The notes below the pieces were generated by a model, which saw only the letters and a list, made by a program, of their open reading frames with translations, was not told the origin of the DNA and ran no database searches. 64,000 bases of DNA, from contig NC_091470.1 of NCBI RefSeq assembly GCF_036971445.1, forward strand, positions 10,230,001 through 10,294,000, written 5' to 3'. This document shows positions 1-12,619 of the stretch, one piece after another. Source of the stretch: Narcine bancroftii. Lineage: Eukaryota. Every line of letters begins with the position of its first letter. Position 1 is the stretch's first letter. The position numbers and the translations under genes were made by a program.

Positions 1-3000
1 ACCTGCAACCCCCCACCTCAAATCAGTTCAGCCCCATCGCCCATCTCACCCCCCACCCACCAGCCAAGGTCACCCCACCACCCCCCCAACCACTCAACTC
101 ACCTGCAACCCCCCACCTCAACTCAGTTCAGCCCCATCGCCCATCTCACCCCCCGCCCACCAGCCAAGGTCACCCCACCACCCCCCCCAACCACTCAACT
201 CACCTGCAACCCCCCACCTCAAATCAGTTCAGCCCCATCGCCCATCTCACCCCCCACCCACCAGCCAAGGTCACCCCACCACCCCCCCCCAACCACTCAA
301 CTCACCTGCAACCCCCCACCTCAACTCAGTTCAGCCCCATCGCCCATCTCACCCCCCGCCCACCAGCCAAGGTCACCCCACCACCCCCCCCCAACCACTC
401 AACTCACCTGCAACCCCCCACCTCAACTCAGTTCAGCCCCATCGCCCATCTCACCCCCCGCCCACCAGCCAAGGTCACCCCACCACCCCCCCCCAACCAC
501 TCAACTCACCTGCAACCCCCCACCTCAACTCAGTTCAGCCCCATCACCCATCTCACCCCCCCGCCCACCAGCCAAGGTCACCCCACCACCCCCCCCCCAA
601 CCACTCAACTCACCTGCAACCCCCCACCTCAACTCAGTTCAGCCCCATCACCCATCTCACCCCCCCGCCCACCAGCCAAGGTCACCCCACCACCCCCCCC
701 AACCACTCAACTCACCTGCAACCCCCCACCTCAAATCAGTTCAGCCCCATCGCCCATCTCACCCCCCACCCACCAGCCAAGGTCACCCCACCACCCCCCC
801 CCAACCACTCAACTCACCTGCAACCCCCCACCTCAACTCAGTTCAGCCCCATCGCCCATCTCACCCCCCGCCCACCAGCCAAGGTCACCCCACCACCCCC
901 CCCCCAACCACTCAACTCACCTGCAACCCCCCAACTCAACTCAGTTCAGCCCCATCGCCCATCTCACCCCCCGCCCACCAGCCAAGGTCACCCCACCACC
1001 CCCCCCCAACCACTCAACTCACCTGCAACCCCCCACCTCAACTCAGTTCAGCCCCATCACCCATCTCACCCCCCCGCCCACCAGCCAAGGTCACCCCACC
1101 ACCCCCCCCAACCACTCAACTCACCTGCAACCCCCCACCTCAACTCAGTTCAGCCCCATCACCCATCTCACCCCCCCGCCCACCAGCCAAGGTCACCCCA
1201 CCACCCCCCCCCAACCACTCAACTCACCTGCAACCCCCCACCTCAACTCAGTTCAGCCCCATCACCCATCTCACCCACCGCCCACCAGCCAAGGTCACCC
1301 CACCACCCCCCCCAACCACTCAACTCACCTGCAACCCCCCACCTCAACTCAGTTCAGCCCCATCACCCATCTCACCCCCCCGCCCACCAGCCAAGGTCAC
1401 CCCACCACCCCCCCCAACCACTCAACTCACCTGCAACCCCCCACCTCAACTCAGTTCAGCCCCATCACCCATCTCACCCCCCCGCCCACCAGCCAAGGTC
1501 ACCCCACCACCCCCCCCAACCACTCAACTCACCTGCAACCCCCCACCTCAACTCAGTTCAGCCCCATCACCCATCTCACCCCCCCGCCCACCAGCCAAGG
1601 TCACCCCACCACCCCCCCCCAACCACTCAACTCACCTGCAACCCCCCACCTCAACTCAGTTCAGCCCCATCGCCCATCTCACCCCCCGCCCACCAGCCAA
1701 GGTCACCCCACCACCCCCCCCCAACCACTCAACTCACCTGCAACCCCCCACCTCAACTCAGTTCAGCCCCATCACCCATCTCACCCCCCCGCCCACCAGC
1801 CAAGGTCACCCCACCACCCCCCCCAACCACTCAACTCACCTGCAACCCCCCACCTCAAATCAGTTCAGCCCCATCGCCCATCTCACCCCCCACCCACCAG
1901 CCAAGGTCACCCCACCACCCCCCCCCAACCACTCAACTCACCTGCAACCCCCCACCTCAACTCAGTTCAGCCCCATCGCCCATCTCACCCCCCGCCCACC
2001 AGCCAAGGTCACCCCACCACCCCCCCCCAACCACTCAACTCACCTGCAACCCCCCACCTCAACTCAGTTCAGCCCCATCGCCCATCTCACCCCCCGCCCA
2101 CCAGCCAAGGTCACCCCACCACCCCCCCCCAACCACTCAACTCACCTGCAACCCCCCACCTCAACTCAGTTCAGCCCCATCACCCATCTCACCCCCCCGC
2201 CCACCAGCCAAGGTCACCCCACCACCCCCCCCCCAACCACTCAACTCACCTGCAACCCCCCACCTCAACTCAGTTCAGCCCCATCACCCATCTCACCACC
2301 CCGCCCACCAGCCAAGGTCACCCCACCACCCCCCCCCCAACCACTCAACTCACCTGCAACCCCCCACCTCAACTCAGTTCAGCCCCATCACCCATCTCAC
2401 CCACCGCCCACCAGCCAAGGTCACCCCACCACCCCCCCCAACCACTCAACTCACCTGCAACCCCCCACCTCAACTCAGTTCAGCCCCATCACCCATCTCA
2501 CCCCCCCGCCCACCAGCCAAGGTCACCCCACCACCCCCCCCAACCACTCAACTCACCTGCAACCCCCCACCTCAACTCAGTTCAGCCCCATCACCCATCT
2601 CACCCCCCCGCCCACCAGCCAAGGTCACCCCACCACCCCCCCCCAACCACTCAACTCACCTGCAACCCCCCACCTCAACTCAGTTCAGCCCCATCACCCA
2701 TCTCACCCACCGCCCACCAGCCAAGGTCACCCCACCACCCCCCCCCAACCACTCAACTCACCTGCAACCCCCCACCTCAACTCAGTTCAGCCCCATCGCC
2801 CATCTCACCCCCCGCCCACCAGCCAAGGTCACCCCACCACCCCCCCCCAACCACTCAACTCACCTGCAACCCCCCACCTCAACTCAGTTCAGCCCCATCG
2901 CCCATCTCACCCCCCGCCCACCAGCCAAGGTCACCCCACCAACCCCCCCCAACCACTCAACTCACCTGCAACCCCCCACCTCAACTCAGTTCAGCCCCAT

Positions 3001-5898
3001 CACCCATCTCACCCCCCCGCCCACCAGCCAAGGTCACCCCACCACCCCCCCCCAACCACTCAACTCACCTGCAACCCCCCACCTCAACTCAGTTCAGCCC
3101 CATCACCCATCTCACCCCCCCGCCCACCAGCCAAGGTCACCCCACCACCCCCCCCCCAACCACTCAACTCACCTGCAACCCCCCACCTCAACTCAGTTCA
3201 GCCCCATCACCCATCTCACCCACCGCCCACCAGCCAAGGTCACCCCACCACCCCCCCCAACCACTCAACTCACCTGCAACCCCCCACCTCAACTCAGTTC
3301 AGCCCCATCACCCATCTCACCCCCCCGCCCACCAGCCAAGGTCACCCCACCACCCCCCCCAACCACTCAACTCACCTGCAACCCCCCACCTCAACTCAGT
3401 TCAGCCCCATCACCCATCTCACCCCCCCGCCCACCAGCCAAGGTCACCCCACCACCCCCCCCCAACCACTCAACTCACCTGCAACCCCCCACCTCAACTC
3501 AGTTCAGCCCCATCACCCATCTCACCCCCCCGCCCACCAGCCAAGGTCACCCCACCACCCCCCCCCAACCACTCAACTCACCTGCAACCCCCCACCTCAA
3601 CTCAGTTCAGCCCCATCGCCCATCTCACCCCCCGCCCACCAGCCAAGGTCACCCCACCCCCCCCCCCCAACCACTCAACTCACCTGCAACCCCCCACCTC
3701 AACTCAGTTCAGCCCCATCACCCATCTCACCCCCCCGCCCACCAGCCAAGGTCACCCCACCACCCCCCCCCAACCACTCAACTCACCTGCAACCCCCCAC
3801 CTCAACTCAGTTCAGCCCCATCACCCATCTCACCCCCCCGCCCACCAGCCAAGGTCACCCCACCACCCCCCCCAACCACTCAACTCACCTGCAACCCCCC
3901 ACCTCAAATCAGTTCAGCCCCATCGCCCATCTCACCCCCCACCCACCAGCCAAGGTCACCCCACCACCCCCCCCCAACCACTCAACTCACCTGCAACCCC
4001 CCACCTCAACTCAGTTCAGCCCCATCGCCCATCTCACCCCCCGCCCACCAGCCAAGGTCACCCCACCACCCCCCCCCAACCACTCAACTCACCTGCAACC
4101 CCCCACCTCAACTCAGTTCAGCCCCATCGCCCATCTCACCCCCCGCCCACCAGCCAAGGTCACCCCACCACCCCCCCCCAACCACTCAACTCACCTGCAA
4201 CCCCCCACCTCAACTCAGTTCAGCCCCATCACCCATCTCACCCCCCCGCCCACCAGCCAAGGTCACCCCACCACCCCCCCCCAACCACTCAACTCACCTG
4301 CAACCCCCCACCTCAACTCAGTTCAGCCCCATCACCCATCTCACCCCCCCGCCCACCAGCCAAGGTCACCCCACCACCCCCCCCCAACCACTCAACTCAC
4401 CTGCAACCCCCCACCTCAACTCAGTTCAGCCCCATCACCCATCTCACCCACCGCCCACCAGCCAAGGTCACCCCACCACCCCCCCCAACCACTCAACTCA
4501 CCTGCAACCCCCCACCTCAACTCAGTTCAGCCCCATCACCCATCTCACCCCCCCGCCCACCAGCTAAGGTCACCCCACCACCCCCCCCAACCACTCAACT
4601 CACCTGCAACCCCCCACCTCAACTCAGTTCAGCCCCATCACCCATCTCACCCCCCCGCCCACCAGCCAAGGTCACCCCACCACCCCCCCCCAACCACTCA
4701 ACTCACCTGCAACCCCCCACCTCAACTCAGTTCAGCCCCATCACCCATCTCACCCCCCCGCCCACCAGCTAAGGTCACCCCACCACCCCCCCCAACCACT
4801 CAACTCACCTGCAACCCCCCACCTCAACTCAGTTCAGCCCCATCGCCCATCTCACCCCCCCGCCCACCAGCCAAGGTCACCCCACCACCCCCCCCCAACC
4901 ACTCAACTCACCTGCAACCCCCACCTCAACTCAGTTCAGCCCCATCGCCCATCTCACCCCCCGCCCACCAGCCAAGGTCACCCACCACCCCCCCCCAACC
5001 ACTCAACTCACCTGCAACCCCCCACCTCAACTCAGTTCAGCCCCATCACCCATCTCACCCCCCCGCCCACCAGCCAAGGTCACCCCACCACCCCCCCCCA
5101 ACCACTCAACTCACCTGCAACCCCCCACCTCAACTCAGTTCAGCCCCATCACCCATCTCACCCCCCCGCCCACCAGCCAAGGTCACCCCACCACCCCCCC
5201 CCAACCACTCAACTCACCTGCAACCCCCCACCTCAACTCAGTTCAGCCCCATCACCCATCTCACCCACCGCCCACCAGCCAAGGTCACCCCACCACCCCC
5301 CCCAACCACTCAACTCACCTGCAACCCCCCACCTCAACTCAGTTCAGCCCCATCACCCATCTCACCCCCCCGCCCACCAGCTAAGGTCACCCCACCACCC
5401 CCCCCAACCACTCAACTCACCTGCAACCCCCCACCTCAACTCAGTTCAGCCCCATCACCCATCTCACCCCCCCGCCCACCAGCCAAGGTCACCCCACCAC
5501 CCCCCCCCAACCACTCAACTCACCTGCAACCCCCCACCTCAACTCAGTTCAGCCCCATCACCCATCTCACCCCCCCGCCCACCAGCTAAGGTCACCCCAC
5601 CACCCCCCCCAACCACTCAACTCACCTGCAACCCCCCACCTCAACTCAGTTCAGCCCATCACCCATCTCACCCCCCCGCCCACCAGCCAAGGTCACCCCA
5701 CCACCCCCCCCAACCACTCAACTCACCTGCAACCCCCCACCTCAACTCAGTTCAGCCCCATCGCCCATCTCACCCCCCCGCCCACCAGCCAAGGTCACCC
5801 CACCACCCCCCCCCCAACCACTCAACTCACCTGCAACCCCCCACCTCAACTCAGTTCAGCCCCATCGCCCATCTCACCCCCCACCCACCAGCCAAGGT
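1..5898. repeat. C-rich tandem satellite, ~100-103 bp unit, ~58 copies, open at the left window edge
   Basis: Unit ACCTGCAACCCCCCACCTCAACTCAGTTCAGCCCCATCRCCCATCTCACCCCCCGCCCACCAGCCAAGGTCACCCCACCACCCCCCCCAACCACTCAACTC recurs at 1, 101, 202 and onward. Variation is mostly in C-run length. Confidence 0.98.
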
Positions 5899-5949
5899 CC
5901 CCCCGCCCACAGACACTCACCCCGCCCTAACTCAGCTGTTCTTCCCCAA

Positions 5950-7330
5950 CTAAAACTCACTTCTTCACCCCCAACTACACACCGACCCTTCGGCCCCTCC
6001 AACAATCCTCTCCCCACCTCAGCATCCTGCCAGGCGGCTCGGACACCGAACACACTGCGTAGAACTCCATCAAATCTCCCGCCCTGAGCTTCACCGACGG
6101 TCCCGCCCCTCATTGGCGCATCACCGACGGTCCCGCCCCTCATTGGCGCATCACCGACGGTCCCGCCCCTCATGGCGCATCACCGACGGTCCCGCCCCTC
6201 ATTGGCGCCTCACCGACGGCCCCGCCCCTCTGGCGCAACACCGACGGTCCCGCCCCTCATTGACGCCTCACCGACGGTCCCGCCCCTCATGGCGCATCAC
6301 CGACGGCCCCGCCCCTCATTGGCGCCTCACCGACGGCCCCGCCCCTCATGGCGCATCACCGACGGCCCCGCCCCTCATTGGCGCATCACCGACGGGCCCC
6401 GCCCCTCATGGCGCATCACCGACGGCCCCGCCCCTCATTGACGCCTCACCGACGGTCCCGCCCCTCATGGCGCATCACCGACGGCCCCGCCCCTCATTGG
6501 CGCCTCACCGACGGCCCCGCCCCCTCATGGCGCATCACCGACGGCCCCGCCCCTCATTGGCGCATCACCGACGGCCCCGCCCCTCATGGCGCATCACCGA
6601 CGGCCCCGCCCCTCATTGGCGCATCACCGACGGTCCCGCCCCTCTGGCGCAACACCGACGGCCCCGCCCCTCATTGACGCCTCACCGACGGTCCCGCCCC
6701 TCTGGCGCATCACCGACGGCCCCGCCCCTCATTGGCGCCTCACCGACGGCCCCGCCCCTCATGGCGCATCACCGACGGCCCCGCCCCTCATTGGCGCATC
6801 ACCGACGGTCCCGCCCCTCATTGGCGCATCACCGACGGCCCCGCCCCTTATTGGCGCATCACCGACGGCCCCGCCCCTTATTGGCGCATCACCGACGGTC
6901 CCGCCCCTCTGGCGCAACACCGACGGTCCCGCCCCTCATTGGCGCATCACCGACGGCCCCGCCCCTTATTGGCGCATCACCGACGGCCCCGCCCCTTATT
7001 GGCGCATCACCGACGGTCCCGCCCCTCTGGCGCAACACCGACGGCCCGCCCCTCATTGACGCATCACCGACGGTCCCGCCCCTTATTGGCGCCTCACCGA
7101 CGTCCCGCCCCTTATGACGCAACACCTACGTCGCTGCCCCTCATTGGCGAATCACTGACGGTCCCGCCCACTGCTGATGCGTCACATACTGAACCCGCCC
7201 CTCCGTGTTCACAATTAAGCTCCTCCCCTCCGATGAGCCCCCGTGACCTCGCACTTAACCGACCCCTTTCGGTAACGTCAATCCTAACCCCGCCCCCACG
7301 GCAATTTACCGTCCAATCCAAGGCGACCTG
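5950..7330 (-). promoter_or_regulatory. Putative CpG-island promoter and possible first exon of an unidentified leftward gene
   Basis: Non-repetitive CpG-rich flanks carry GC boxes (CCCGCCC near 6078, 7163, 7194, 7289), CRE-like TGCGTCA/AACGTCA and CCAAT. On the - strand there are donor-like GAG|GTGGGG (~6017) and GAA|GTGAGT (~5960). Inference only. Confidence 0.4.
6090..7145. repeat. CpG-rich minisatellite, 29-30 bp unit, ~35 copies
   Basis: Unit TCACCGACGGYCCCGCCCCTCATTGGCGCA, directly visible; degenerates at ~7100-7150. Confidence 0.97.
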
Positions 7331-7390
7331 TCTCTCTCCGCACCCGCTGCTCGGCCCGCTGTCCCTCCAGCATCCCCACCGCCCAGCCGG

Positions 7391-7942
7391 GCCCCTTCGC
7401 CCAGGGGCGCCCCCACCCCCTTCGCCCAGGGGCGCCCCCACCCCCTTCGCCCAGGGGCGCCCCCACCCCCTTCGCCCAGGGGCGCCCCCACCCCCTTCGC
7501 CCAGGGGCGCCCCCACCCCCTTCGCCCAGGGGCGCCCCCACCCCCTTCGCCCAGGGGCGCCCCCACCCCCTTCGCCCAGGGGCGCCCCCACCCCCTTCGC
7601 CCAGGGGCGCCCCCACCCCCTTCGCCCAGGGGCGCCCCCACCCCCTTCGCCCAGGGGCGCCCCCACCCCCTTCGCCCAGGGGCGCCCCCACCCCCTTCGC
7701 CCAGGGGCGCCCCCACCCCCTTCGCCCAGGGGCGCCCCCACCCCCTTCGCCCAGGGGCGCCCCCACCCCCTTCGCCCAGGGGCGCCCCCACCCCCTTCGC
7801 CCAGGGGCGCCCCCACCAGCCCCCCTTCGCCCAGGCCCCACCCCCTTCGCCCAGGGGCGCCCCCACCCCCTTCGCCCAGGGGCGCCCCCACCCCCTTCGC
7901 CCAGGGGCGCCCCCACCCCCTTCGCCCAGGGGTTCCCCCACC
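7391..7942. repeat. 25-bp minisatellite, ~22 near-identical copies
   Basis: Unit CCCCCTTCGCCCAGGGGCGCCCCCA, containing the palindrome GGGGCGCCCC. Confidence 0.98.
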
Positions 7943-8780
7943 TCCAGCCGTGCCCTTCACCCAGTGGTCCCCACACGTCCAGCCGAGCCCCTTCACCCAG
8001 TGGTCCCCACACATCCAGCCGAGCCCCTTCACCCAGTGGTCCCCACACGTCCAGCCGTGCCCTTCACCCAGTGGTCCCCACACGTCCAGCCGAGCCCCTT
8101 CACCCAGTGGTCCCCACACGTCCAGCCGTGCCCTTCACCCAGTGGTCCCCCACACGTCCAGCCGTGCCCTTCACCCAGTGGTCCCCACACGTCCAGCCGA
8201 GCCCCTTCACCCAGTGGTCCCCACACGTCCAGCCGAGCCCCTTCACCCAGTGGTCCCCACACGTCCAGCCGTGCCCTTCACCCAGTGGTCCCCACACGTC
8301 CAGCCGTGCCCTTCACCCAGTGGTCCCCACACGTCCAGCCGTGCCCCTTCACCCAGTGGTCCCCACACGTCCAGCCGTGCCCTTCACCCAGTGGTCCCCA
8401 CACGTCCAGCCGAGCCCCTTCACCCAGTGGTCCCCACACGTCCAGCCGTGCCCTTCACCCAGTGGTCCCCACACGTCCAGCCGAGCCCCTTCACCCAGTG
8501 GTCCCCACACGTCCAGCCGAGCCCCTTCACCCAGTGGTCCCCACACGTCCAGCCGTGCCCTTCACCCAGTGGTCCCCACACGTCCAGCCGTGCCCTTCAC
8601 CCAGTGGTCCCCACACGTCCAGCCGTGCCCTTCACCCAGTGGTCCCCACACGTCCAACCGTGGCCTTATCTCAGTGGTTCCCAAACATCCAGCAGTGCCT
8701 TTACCCAGTAGTGCCCCTATGTCCATACGCCCAGTGGTGCTCACACTTCCACCAAGCCCACATCTCCAGTGTGCCCAGGT
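7943..8780. repeat. 35/36-bp minisatellite, ~20 copies plus degenerate tail
   Basis: Units CCAGCCGTGCCCTTCACCCAGTGGTCCCCACACGT and CCAGCCGAGCCCCTTCACCCAGTGGTCCCCACACGT; decays after ~8660. Confidence 0.97.
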
Positions 8781-9497
8781 GCCAATGGCTTGAGTCACCA
8801 ACCCTGCAGCTGGGACAAGGAGGGCAGGCCAGATGCACAGGCACCACTGGTCGCTTGGACGCGTTAATCCTGGAACTCTCACAACTTTATAAACCACTGG
8901 GGTATTCTCTACCCAGCCCACCAGATTTTGGGTGAAACGTCAGTTTTATGCCTTTACGTCTCACAGACACTGCAAGACCTCCTTTCCTCCATAATTTCTG
9001 TATTTTTACAGACTTTCATGTTTCATTTCATGGAGGTGCCGATGGCAAGCTGGGCTCCCAAAGAACCTTAGATGACTACAGCTTCCGAATTGCTTTGGGG
9101 GTTTGGAACCAGGGGCTGAGAGTGACTGGGATGCCTGGAGATCAGGTTCACTGCTGGTCTTCTACCTCTGTCTCTCCCTTTCCCCATCTTCTTTCCACCA
9201 CCTCTGCATTCACAGAGACACCCCCCCTCCCCCGATCAATTCACACCTTTCTTCCCCTGCACTTCTATCCCTGCCTTTCGCCACCTCTACTCCTCCCCCT
9301 CCCTTCCTCCACCTGCCTTTTATTTCAGGTGCCTGCCAGCTTTTCACTCACACCTCAGGCCCAAAGCGTCAGTGAAACATCTTTACCTCCAGTGGATACA
9401 TTTCCGTCTTTTTACTACAATCACAGCATCTGCTCACCTTAAGAGTTTCACTCACTTGTCAAATCAGCCTTTTTCACAGCCAAGGTTAGAATTCATC

Positions 9498-9503
9498 TTT
9501 ATT
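9498..9503 (-). terminator. Candidate polyadenylation signal for TMED8
   Basis: AATAAA on the - strand ~600 nt downstream of the TMED8 stop codon. Confidence 0.45.
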
Positions 9504-10099
9504 TTTTTTAAACAGACGATACATTGAAATACAAAATATATGGAGTCTTTTGAAAGATGCTAATTACATTTGGTCCCTCTTTCCTTCCAATTAGACTTTC
9601 TTTCCAAGGCTCCTGTGCTCAGAATATAATGCAAATGTTTATAATTAAAAGAAAATCGATTCTTTGCTGGCATCCTCAGGGAGGCAGTGAGCTGTGGGAA
9701 GGGATGTGCAACGGGGGACTTGGAAATGCTCCAAATGCAGCTGCAACCCAGCTGAAGTCAAGTCGAAATCAAACATTGCTGCAGGGAGATAGAAGCCCCT
9801 GCAGATTTCTTCCTTGAATAGACTCTGTTCTCAACACACAAACTAGCAGAAAGTGCAAAGACTCAAACATAACCATATATAAACTTCAGTGTGACCAGGA
9901 AGTCAACAAATAGCGCAATGACAACAAGAAAACAAAAACAATCGAAGCAACGAAGTGCTGGTGCGGGAGGAGGTGGGAGAGTGCGGAGGTTGTCCTTCCT
10001 GCAGAGGAACCGGAACCACAGAGAGGAAAGAAGCCAACTCTGAGCGAGGATCCTCCTGGAGAGATAGAAGGGTGCCCTTTCACCCTCTCCTCCGGCATC

Positions 10100-10317
10100 T
10101 TACGAGCTGTTATTGACCTGGTAGTACAAGGTTTTGTGCCTCCAGATGGAGTAAGAGTTATCGAACTTAAGCAGGTAGACTCCCTGTCCCGGGTACTTGT
10201 GACTGCCAGACTGCACTTCCAAGTGACTGTCCTTTCTGTAGACAGGCAGGATCTCCTCCAAGTCAGAGCAGCTGAAGTCTTTAGTTCCCCTCTCGATGTC
10301 CCCCTGGACTGGGGGAG
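10100..10317 (-). CDS. TMED8: TMED8 last coding exon (GOLD domain C-terminus)
   Basis: Acceptor ccttgctcttcag, phase 1. Encodes (A)[96 protein letters not shown] is the TMED8/ACBD3 GOLD signature; GDIERG and KTLY favour TMED8. Confidence 0.95.
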
Positions 10318-10549
10318 CTGAAGAGCAAGGCAAGAGGATATTAATAGCAAGGAACTGCTGGACCAGAGGGAGAGGATCAGCATGGGTGAATGCACAGGCA
10401 CAACACAAGGGGATAGGCAATGCCTTAACAGGTTGCCGGCCAAGAGAGTGGGTAAATGAGCTGAGTGAAGCCTGGGGATTCCTGCCTGCAGATATTCAAC
10501 AGGGACCCTCTGCAGAGAAACAAACTGCAGGTGCCACAATCTGAGAGCA

Positions 10550-11410
10550 CACGAAAGTCAGCAAGTAGGGCAGCAGCAATGGAGAGAGATGGCCCGCCAA
10601 CGTTTTGGGTCAGGACCCTTGTCATAGAACAGGTGATGTCAAGTATATTGGGGAAGGGGGGGGGGGTGAGTTGGGTGAATGAGGGTGGGAATGAGGGAGG
10701 GACAAAGAGATGACAGGGTATGGGATGAAGGGTGAGAGAGGTGGACAGACTGGTTTGGGCCAGTGAGGGACACCGCTTTGGGCCAAGGGGGTGTGGGAGA
10801 TGGAAGTTGGCAAACAGATGGAAACATTGGGGCTAGAGAGCTATGGGTTACATAAAAGTTAAACTTTCAATGGACATGGCGTAGATTGAAGGCTGCCAAG
10901 GAGGAAAATCAAGTGTCGTTTCTCGTTGACATTTGGTCTCACTCTGGTGATGGACGAGACCAAGGTCAGACATATCTATGCAGTAGGGTGAAGGGAATTG
11001 AAGTGAAACATAAAACTCTGCAGACATGTAATTGTGGTTAAAAACATAGGAATGCTGCAAGAACTCAACCTGTCTCGCAGCGTCTAGACGAGGTACAGAT
11101 ATATTACCAGTGTGTTGGGCCTGTCTCGCAGCGTCTAGTCGAGGTACAGATATATCACCAGTGTGTTGGGCCTGTCTCGCAGCGTCTAGATGAGGTACAG
11201 ATGTATTACCAGTGTGTTGGGCCTGACTCCTTCCTCAAGGTGTGAATAAAAGGAGGCGGGCATCTGAATTAAAGAAAGGGCAGGGGGAGGAGAAACACTA
11301 ACAGACAAAAAGTGATTTGAAGTGTAGGCCAGGAGAGAGGAAAGGTGAGAATTAATGGGGGTGGTGTAGTGGCTCTATAAATGCAGAGCTTGGGGTAAAG
11401 GAGGCAGACA
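10550..11410 (-). mobile_element. Penelope-like element remnants (pLTR and GIY-YIG tail), including a 51-bp triplication at ~11069-11225
   Basis: Similar to the better-preserved Penelope copies at 36.0 and 41.5 kb. The unit CCTGTCTCGCAGCGTCTAG..GAGGTACAGAT..ATTACCAGTGTGTTGGG occurs three times. Confidence 0.6.
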
Positions 11411-11411
11411 G

Positions 11412-11630
11412 TGTGGTAAATCTGTGTCATGCTGTCAATCACTCACTATGCTTAGTCTGGACTACTGGCATTGGACATGGATTATCTCTACCACCAAGGG
11501 CACTCCCCTTGACTATAACTGTGTACGCACCCTTTATCATTCATTATTATACTACTGAGTTTCTACTAATAAAAGCCATGATATGTGTTTAACTACACTG
11601 CATTCAATCTCTTAATTATCTGGCACATCA
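11412..11630 (+). mobile_element. Solo LTR (~219 bp)
   Basis: TGTGGTAA...ACATCA termini, internal AATAAAAGCC, 5-bp flanks GACAG/GAGAG (TSD with one mismatch). Confidence 0.65.
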
Positions 11631-12619
11631 GAGAGGAATCATGGGGTGGGGGTGGGGGCAGTGGTGCTAACAGAAACTTAAGAAGGTGGCTGCTGGGAGA
11701 TCCAGCCAGGAGCCAGACAAGAGTTCAGGTGCTGGATGAAGTGCTTGGTCTCACCATGTACCAGTGGTCTCTCAATGTCTCCTTGTGCCTGGATGAAGGG
11801 TCCCGGGCAGAAATGTTGACCGACCATTTCTACCCACAGATGCTGCCCGACCCACTCAGTCCCTCCCTTGCTCAAGGAACTTCAATAGCAGACAGGCCAA
11901 GTCCGACTCCAGCACACAGGGCGAAGGGAGCAGTGCACTCTTGAAGTAGCATTGAGGGAGCACACACTGCAGTGTTTTCACCTCTCATCCCACAAAAAGA
12001 GGTCTCACCTGCCCTCACAGGTAGATGGAAGAGATCTGCTCCACCATAACTTCTCTTTGAGGCCTCTATCCATGGGGGCCAGGACCACAGATTTGGAAAA
12101 TATCACACGACCTAGAACTTCTAAGGCTGTAATCCTTGTTCTCGCTGCAACTCTCCACCTCAGAGGGAGGGCAAGGCATAAACTCTCACCACAACATGGG
12201 GTCATCTAATATTTTGAAAATCTATGTTCTTGCTATTGGGGTTAAAGCTGTCCAGGAGGAATGTGATGTGTTGATCCTCAAGTCACTTCCTGATAATGGA
12301 TGAGGCCAAGGTCAGACATGTCATTGCAGGAATGGCTGGGGAATTAAAATGGTTAGCAAGAAGAAGCTCAGATTTGGACCAAAGGCAGGGAGTAGGTGTT
12401 GGACAAAGTGTCACCTAATCTGCATCTGGTCTCCCCAACGTAGCGGTTTTTCCTTTTATGAACATGTAATACCACTCCCTGTTTTCTTGTCTTGATAAAG
12501 GGGTCCAGTGACTGGCCATTTCTACCCATGGATGCTGATTGGCCCTGCTGAGTTCCTCCAGCCATTCTCAGACTGCTCAAGATTTCAGCGTCTGCAGCTT
12601 TTGAGCTTTTTGAGCCACT

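Noticed and set aside
6090-8660. CRISPR-like arrays of 25-36 bp repeats
   Set aside because: The units are contiguous with no unique spacers, there are no cas genes, and the context is eukaryotic.
5874-8935. Long Pro/Arg/Gly-rich ORFs (up to 659 aa)
   Set aside because: They are translations of stop-free minisatellites, open in several frames on both strands, with no domain signal.
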